64,000 bases of DNA from Parvularia atlantis (Eukaryota), in NCBI GenBank assembly GCA_943704415.1, contig CALSCO010000398.1, positions 1 through 64,000 of the forward strand, given 5' to 3'. Within the stretch, counting starts at the first letter, position 1. Each line of letters opens with the position of its first letter. This document shows, in pieces, positions 58,601-64,000 of this stretch. The notes beneath the pieces are model-generated. The model saw nothing but the letters and a program-made list of their open reading frames with translations, ran no database searches and had not been told where the DNA came from. The translations under genes were made by a program, and so were the position numbers.

Positions 58601-61600
58601 CACGGCCGCTGGTTCTTGTGCACGCTGATCGCGAGCGCGGCAGGTGACCGCCCAGACTGGCGTGGTGACGCTGACGGGCGCTGCGCTGTACGCCGGACCG
58701 TCGTCGGTGATTGCGTTTGTGCGCAACAGTGGCACGTGCGAGGCCGCCGCCGCGTCGGCGATCGTGGCTAAGACCAAAATGAGGTGCGCAACGAAGCACC
58801 AGCCACTGGCGCCTCGCGTTTGACGTTGCGTGCGGCTGCGCAGCGCTGGCCTTACCGTCACGCTGACCGAGCCGTTCATGGCCGCAGGCGCGTACGCGCT
58901 CTGCTTCTCGACCGACGGCGGCGCCACCTGGTTCACGCAGAGCGGCGCGGACACGACGGTCTGCCGCGCAAGACTAAGGGGACGCGTGCACCTGACCCGT
59001 GCGCCGCGCAGCTGACCGTCCTGCCCGCGCCCGCCACGTCGGCGTCGATCTCGGGCGTGTCGCCGTCGTCCGTCTATGTCGGCGGAGACACGTTCACGTT
59101 CACCAGCGCCGTCCCGTCCAGCAGCACCTTTGTTGCTCTGGTCGCGAGCGGCGCGTCCTGCATGGCCAGTGCGCTGTTGCGCGTCCTGGGAAGCGGCTGA
59201 CGTTGACACGGCGGCGCAGCAGCGTCTTTGGTCGCCGCGCGCAACCTGCTGGCGTCGGCGACCGTGGCCATGACTGACGCTGCGCTGGTGGCGGGCACGT
59301 ACACGGTGTGCTACTCGACCGACGGCGGCGCGACGTACCTGGGTCAAACGGGCACGGGGGTGCGTGCACGCCTGCGCACAACGGCCTCTTTTGCTGAGCG
59401 CATCACAGGTCGCCGTGACCGTGCTGGCCCCGCCCGCCACCAACACGACCATCACCGCCGTCGCGCCCTCGACGTTCACCGCGACCGTGGCTCCGACGCT
59501 GACGCTGACGGGGCTGGTGCCGTCGTCGCGCACCCACGGCGCCCTCGCGCGCAACCCGGCCGCCTCCGGGCCGCTCACGTCGTCGGCGGGTGACCCGTGC
59601 GCCGTGTCGGCCAACCTGGTCTCGGCCACGCTCGCGGCGTCGGCTGGGCCGCTGACGCTGGCAAGCGCGGCCGGTGTCGCTGGCAACTTTGTGGTGCGCA
59701 CGCCGCGCGTGTGTGCGGTGCGCTGCTGCTGAGCCGCGCGTCGCAGCTGTGCTACTCGACGGATGCCGCCGCGACGTACGTCGGCCAGCTCAACGTGGCC
59801 GTGACGATCGTGCCGCCGCCGGCCACGGGGAGCACGCTCACGTCGATCGCACCGGGCGTCGTCAACGTCGGCTCGGCCGCGACGTTTGCGCTCGTGGGCG
59901 TTGTGCCCTCGCCCCTGACCAAGTTTGCGCTGCTGGCGGGCTCAGCGGCGGTGCGCCCTTTGCCGTGCCCGCGCAGCGAGGGCTGACCGCCGGTGCCGCT
60001 AGGGCTGCGCGTTGTCGTCGCCAGGCGAGCGCTTGTCGACGACGACGTACTCGTTCACGGGCGCTGTGGCGTCGGCGGCGCTGTCCAGTGCGGGCACATA
60101 CGCCGTCTGCCTGAGCACGGACGGCGGCACGACGTGGGTTGGTCAGACCAACAGCGGCGTGCAGGTGCGACTGAGCGCGCGCGCGCGCGCGGTGCTGCGC
60201 CGCTAATGCCGTGCGTGCTTGCAGGTGGAGGCCGTGGCGGCGCCGGGCACGTTCAGCACGATCACGGCCGTGCAGCTGCAGAACGGCGTGTCACCTGCGG
60301 GCGTGCTCGTGATGGGTGACACGAGCGCGGTCACGTTCACGGGCGCGGTGCCGTCGTCGCGCACGGTCGTGCTCGTGACGCAGAACAGCACGTGCACCGG
60401 CAGCGGCATTAGCGTGCCGTACCCGGCGGCGCCGACGGCGTTTTCGGGCGCGGCGTCACTCGCCGTCGCGGGCACGTACTTCCTGTGCTACTCAGTCGAT
60501 AATGGGGCGAGCTACGTGCCGCAGCAGCTGACCGTCTGGGTGCAGCCGCCGCCGGCGATGGCGACGTCGCTCACGCTGCTCCTGCCGAGCTCGGTCGGCA
60601 TCCCTGTGCGCACGACGACGGTCACGTTCCAGGCGCTCGGCATCGTGCCCTCCAACGTGTCGTTTGTCGGCTTTGTGCTCGCTGGCGGCTCGTGCGCGGC
60701 CCCGGCGCAGTTCCTCGCCGGCAAGACGTACGGCGTGGCGGCCGTGTCTGGCAGCGCCGTCTTGGGCACGTTCACGGCCGATGCAAGCGTCTTCACGAGC
60801 CTGCAGCAGCGTAGCGTGTGCTACTCGTCGCGCGGGGGCGCGGGGCCGTTTGTGCTGCAGACGGCAAGCAACATCGCGACGTACCCGGGCCCGCCGCTTT
60901 CGACGGACGTGAGCATCACCAACGGCGGTACGGTCCTGGCTGGCACGCCGCAGGTGTTTGCGAGTTGCGCGCGCGCTCGCCGGTACTCACGTGCGCTTGC
61001 AGACGATGACGTTTGTGGGCGGTGTGCTGTCGCCGCTGTCGCGCATCGGCTTTGTACCGACGAGCAAGGGCTTCTGCACGGCGAGCAACATCGTCAACGC
61101 ACAGACGTACGACGCGCTGCAGCTGGTCGTGCCCGCGTTCAGCGTCGTCAACCGCTACTACACGTGCTACAGCACCGACGCCGGGCTCACGTACGTGACG
61201 CAGGTCACGGGCTTTGTCTTCTCTGTCGGTGCGCCTCTGCCCCTTCCCGCTGCCGCGCTGGGCCTGACTAGCGGGACGGCAGCGCCGCTCGCCGTGGCCG
61301 CGTCCATCTCGGCCATCACGCCACAGCCGATCTACGTCGGCCTGTCGACGGCAGTGACGGCCGTGGGCGCGATCGGCTCCGACTCGACGTATGTGCAGTT
61401 TGTACGGGTAAGCGGGCGCAGGTGGGGCGGCACGCGTGTGCACACCGCTCACGCTGCGCGCCCCAGGGAGACGACGCGTGCTTCAGCGGCGGTGCGGTGA
61501 CGACCGAGATCATCGTGCGTTGCGGGCGCGTGCGCCGTTCACAAGCCTACCCTTCCCCCTCGCTGCGCACAGGTCAACTTTGGCGTGAACGACGACGACA

Positions 61601-62392
61601 TCAAGCTCAGCGGCGGCCTGCCAAGCGCCGGATGGTGGCGCGTATGCTACACGACGGGCGGGCTGGACAGCGACTTTGTCGCGCAGTCGCTGGTCGGCAT
61701 CTTTGCGCTGCGTGCGTGACCGTGCGTCTCGCTGAGTGACCTGACTAACAGCGCGCTGGGCAGCCCGCCCGGCTACGGCCACGACGATTGTCTCGGTCGC
61801 GCCGCCGCTAGTGTTGACCGGCACCGCGCTCTCGATGACCTTCCCAGGCGCGACGCCGTCCAACTCGAGCTGGGTCGCGTTCATGACGTCGGCCAGCTGC
61901 GCGCCGGCAGACCTCGTCTCGCCCACAGCGCTCACGTCGAGCACGGTGACGGTGCCTGCGGTGCGCGCACGCGACGCACGACCACCCGGGTGCTGACAGA
62001 CCGGCGCAGTTCACGGCGGCCGCGACTTACTCGGTGTGCTACTCAACCGATGGCGGGGCGACCTACGTGCTGCAAACCGGCAGTGGCGTGCAGCTGACGG
62101 TGCAGGCCGAGAGCGCGAGCGGTCAGTCACAGCTGCCGCTGATCCTTGGGCTCGCGGTCGGGCTCGGCACGGCCGCGCTGATCGTCCTCGTCGTGCTCGT
62201 GCTGCTCTACCGCCAGCGCCAGCACAAGATACAGCTGATCAAGGACCTCGCCGACCCGAGCAACGAAGTGCGCGCTCGAGTGAACCCAATGGGTCGTCTG
62301 CTCACGCCACGCGCCGCACGCAGGTCGCGCTGCACACGCAGGCGGCGATCTTTGGCTCAAACCCGCACTTCGAGCCGACCCCAGACCAGTGA
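55679..62392 (+). CDS. Large type I membrane protein: signal peptide, EGF/laminin-like and CGDG..E.CD.G Cys-rich repeats, 12 Ig/IPT-like repeats, TM helix, NPxF tail
   Basis: MRLAMCLLPALLLVLTRAKA; GLWGVNCANTCAC..CNPDSGACACKQGWTGVTC; VCGDGLVVGAEQCDLG; EQCDDGNNVNSDGCSSTC; repeated GTYxVCYSTDGGATY; TM LPLILGLAVGLGTAALIVLVVLVLLY; tail ...FGSNPHFEPTPDQ*. Confidence 0.88.
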
Positions 62393-62413
62393 TCGCGCTG
62401 TGTCTGCTGTGAC

Positions 62414-63736
62414 ATGGCCTCGTCACCGCCGGCGTCCGCATCGCCCGGCGGCTCGCTCGCGCAGCTGCCGATGCCCGCGCCCGCGCTGGCGGCGGCGACC
62501 GGCAGCGGCGGCGTGCCGACGTGCGCGCTGCAGCTGCGCTGGCTGAAGTCGGACGTGCGCCGGCTGCGCCTGCCACAGTACACGCCGCGGCTGTGCCAGT
62601 TGCACGTCTCTCGCATCCGTGCGTGGCGCGCGCCGCGTGCACCGTGCGCCGCGTGACGATCGCCGCCGCACGTAGGGATGCTGCAGGCCATCCCACAGCG
62701 GCTGGACGGCGTCGAGCTCGTGGTCGCGCTGCGCGCCCCGCCCGCCAACCGACGCACGCTGCGCTCGCCCAAGGTGCCGGCGCCGCCGAGCGCGGGTGCG
62801 GCCGTGCCGCTGGTCAACACCGGCACGGCGTTCTCGTTCAGCGTGCAGTACTGCCACCACCTGGCGGTGTGTGCGCGGCGCCGTGGCATCGCGCTCAGCC
62901 TCTCATGGCAACGACCGCGCAGAGCGATCTCAACGTGCTGCAGCTGACGGTCGTGCGGCGCCGGCGGCGCACGCGCCAGCTCGCCGCGATCGGCACGGCG
63001 GCCGTGTCGCTCAACGACGCGGTGCAGCAGCCGATGAGCCGGCAGCTGCTGCTCTACCCCGTCCGGCGCAAGAGCGACTCGCAGGCGATGTGCGCGCTCG
63101 ACGTGCACCTGAGCTCGGTGCCGATCCACGACGAGTTTACGCAGCAGGCGCAGGTGGCTCGTGCGCGTGCATGCGTACGCAGGCCGCACGCTCACGGTGG
63201 CTGCGCAGAGCGCCCTCATGTTTGACGACGCCAACTTCCTCTCGGACGACAACGACGACAACGACCACGAGCAGGACGACGAGTGCGTGCGCTCGTGCGC
63301 GACACGCCTGACAGAGTGGTGCGCAGCGTCCCTGCGGCCTCGGCGGCGACCGGCCCGGCGCGCGTTGCAGCGCCAACGGCCATGTCGGCCAGCCGGGGCA
63401 CGGCCAAGCGCGGGCTGGCCTCGCGCTTCTCGTCGCTGTGGGCGCCGCGGCGGCGGCGGCAGCAGAGCGTCATGTCGTCGCAGGTGCGCTCGACTCTTTT
63501 GCGGCGCGCGTGCCCGTCGGGCTGAGGCGGCGAGGGGGGGGCGCCAGCCGCTGGCGGACGAGCTGGACCAGTCAGACGAGGACGAGCTCGAGGGCGCAGG
63601 GCCCGGGCCGGCCGCGCCGTCGGCCCCGATCGGGGCGCACGAGCCCGAGTCGCCGAGTTCGGGCGAGGCCGAGGACGACCCTGAGGCGTTCGCGCTGGAC
63701 GAGCAGCTCGCGTCCGACCAGAGCGACAACGAGTGA
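62414..63736 (+). CDS. PACS: PACS-like (phosphofurin acidic cluster sorting) protein, short form
   Basis: TPRLCQL; LVVALR..RRTLRS; AFSFSVQYCHHL|.SDLNVLQLTVVRRRR..LAAIGTAAVSLNDAVQQP; LSSVPI; then an acidic cluster. This follows the PACS furin-binding region (VPRLCSL, KRILRS, TFSLQYPHFL, LQIMLQRRK, LSSQPI). Confidence 0.72.
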
Positions 63737-63790
63737 GTTTGTGACCATGATACAAGTGCAGAGCAGGCAAAACAAGAAAGAGGCAAGGGG

Positions 63791-64000
63791 TCAGGCGGGC
63801 GGGCTGTCAAGGTTGAGCAGGGTGCTGGGTGGAAGGCCGTCCTTCTTGTGCCCGCCCCACCAGAGCCAGCGCAGGAGCTTGGCCGCGCGACGCCGCTTGT
63901 GCACCCCGCCGCCGAGCACAAACGCCCCGCTCGACGACACCAGCACGCCTTCTTGCTCGGCCAGAGTGCGGCGCACGGTGCGCCAGACGGCGTCGGGTGT
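63791..64000 (-). CDS. Probable 3' end of an unidentified gene extending beyond the window
   Basis: Open frame ...AVWRTVRRTLAEQEGVLVSSSGAFVLGG...NLDSPPA*, convergent with the PACS-like gene. Confidence 0.45.
   Translation of the reverse strand, partial: TPDAVWRTVRRTLAEQEGVLVSSSGAFVLGGGVHKRRRAAKLLRWLWWGGHKKDGLPPSTLLNLDSPPA

Noticed and set aside
40118..63736. Functional cluster of membrane-trafficking genes (VARP, Sec14, aftiphilin, TM9SF, PACS)
   Set aside because: Mixed strands and unrelated genes in between; such genes are common enough to co-occur by chance without synteny evidence.
1..64000. Hundreds of long Arg/Ala/Pro-rich ORFs in the six-frame track
   Set aside because: Shadow frames caused by very high GC and stop-poor introns; the real genes emerge only after splicing.

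Overview
This is not prokaryotic DNA. It is a very GC-rich, extremely compact, intron-dense eukaryotic segment. Introns are mostly about 45-70 nt, with GTGCG/GCGCG-type donors, CTGAC/CTCAC-type branch points and YAG acceptors, so the six-frame ORF track is mostly misleading and I rebuilt genes by manual splicing. Gene content suggests a unicellular opisthokont or relative (inference): TFIIS ends in NRWKFS as in yeast, and MEKK1-, PACS-, aftiphilin-, VARP- and SIKE-like genes are present. About 28 loci were found, in order: TFIIS 3' end, amidase, riboflavin kinase, CAF-1 large subunit, peroxisomal thiolase, SIKE/FGFR1OP2, NMD3, HSPBAP1-like JmjC, LIM protein, PPIL3, bZIP, Zn-finger SDR, a decayed Plavaka-like transposase relic, WD40 protein, Q-rich orphan, THADA, a repeat orphan, Ulp1/SENP, an ankyrin plus triple CbbX/SpoVK-type AAA+ giant protein, VARP/ANKRD27, MEKK1-like MAP3K, Sec14, APH-like kinase, aftiphilin-like, TM9SF, a large Cys-rich/Ig-like single-pass receptor with an NPxF tail, PACS-like, and a partial gene. 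Top findings: (1) the ANK-AAA-AAA-AAA-CPxG..C..GGSH protein, whose ATPase half lies in one 3.7-kb intronless exon; (2) genes spaced 16-70 nt apart, including one apparent head-to-head pair sharing a CATG start palindrome; (3) frequent GC-AG introns; (4) the repeat receptor; (5) animal-type signalling and trafficking genes. Family assignments come from motif recognition from memory, not database searches, and internal exon boundaries are approximate.
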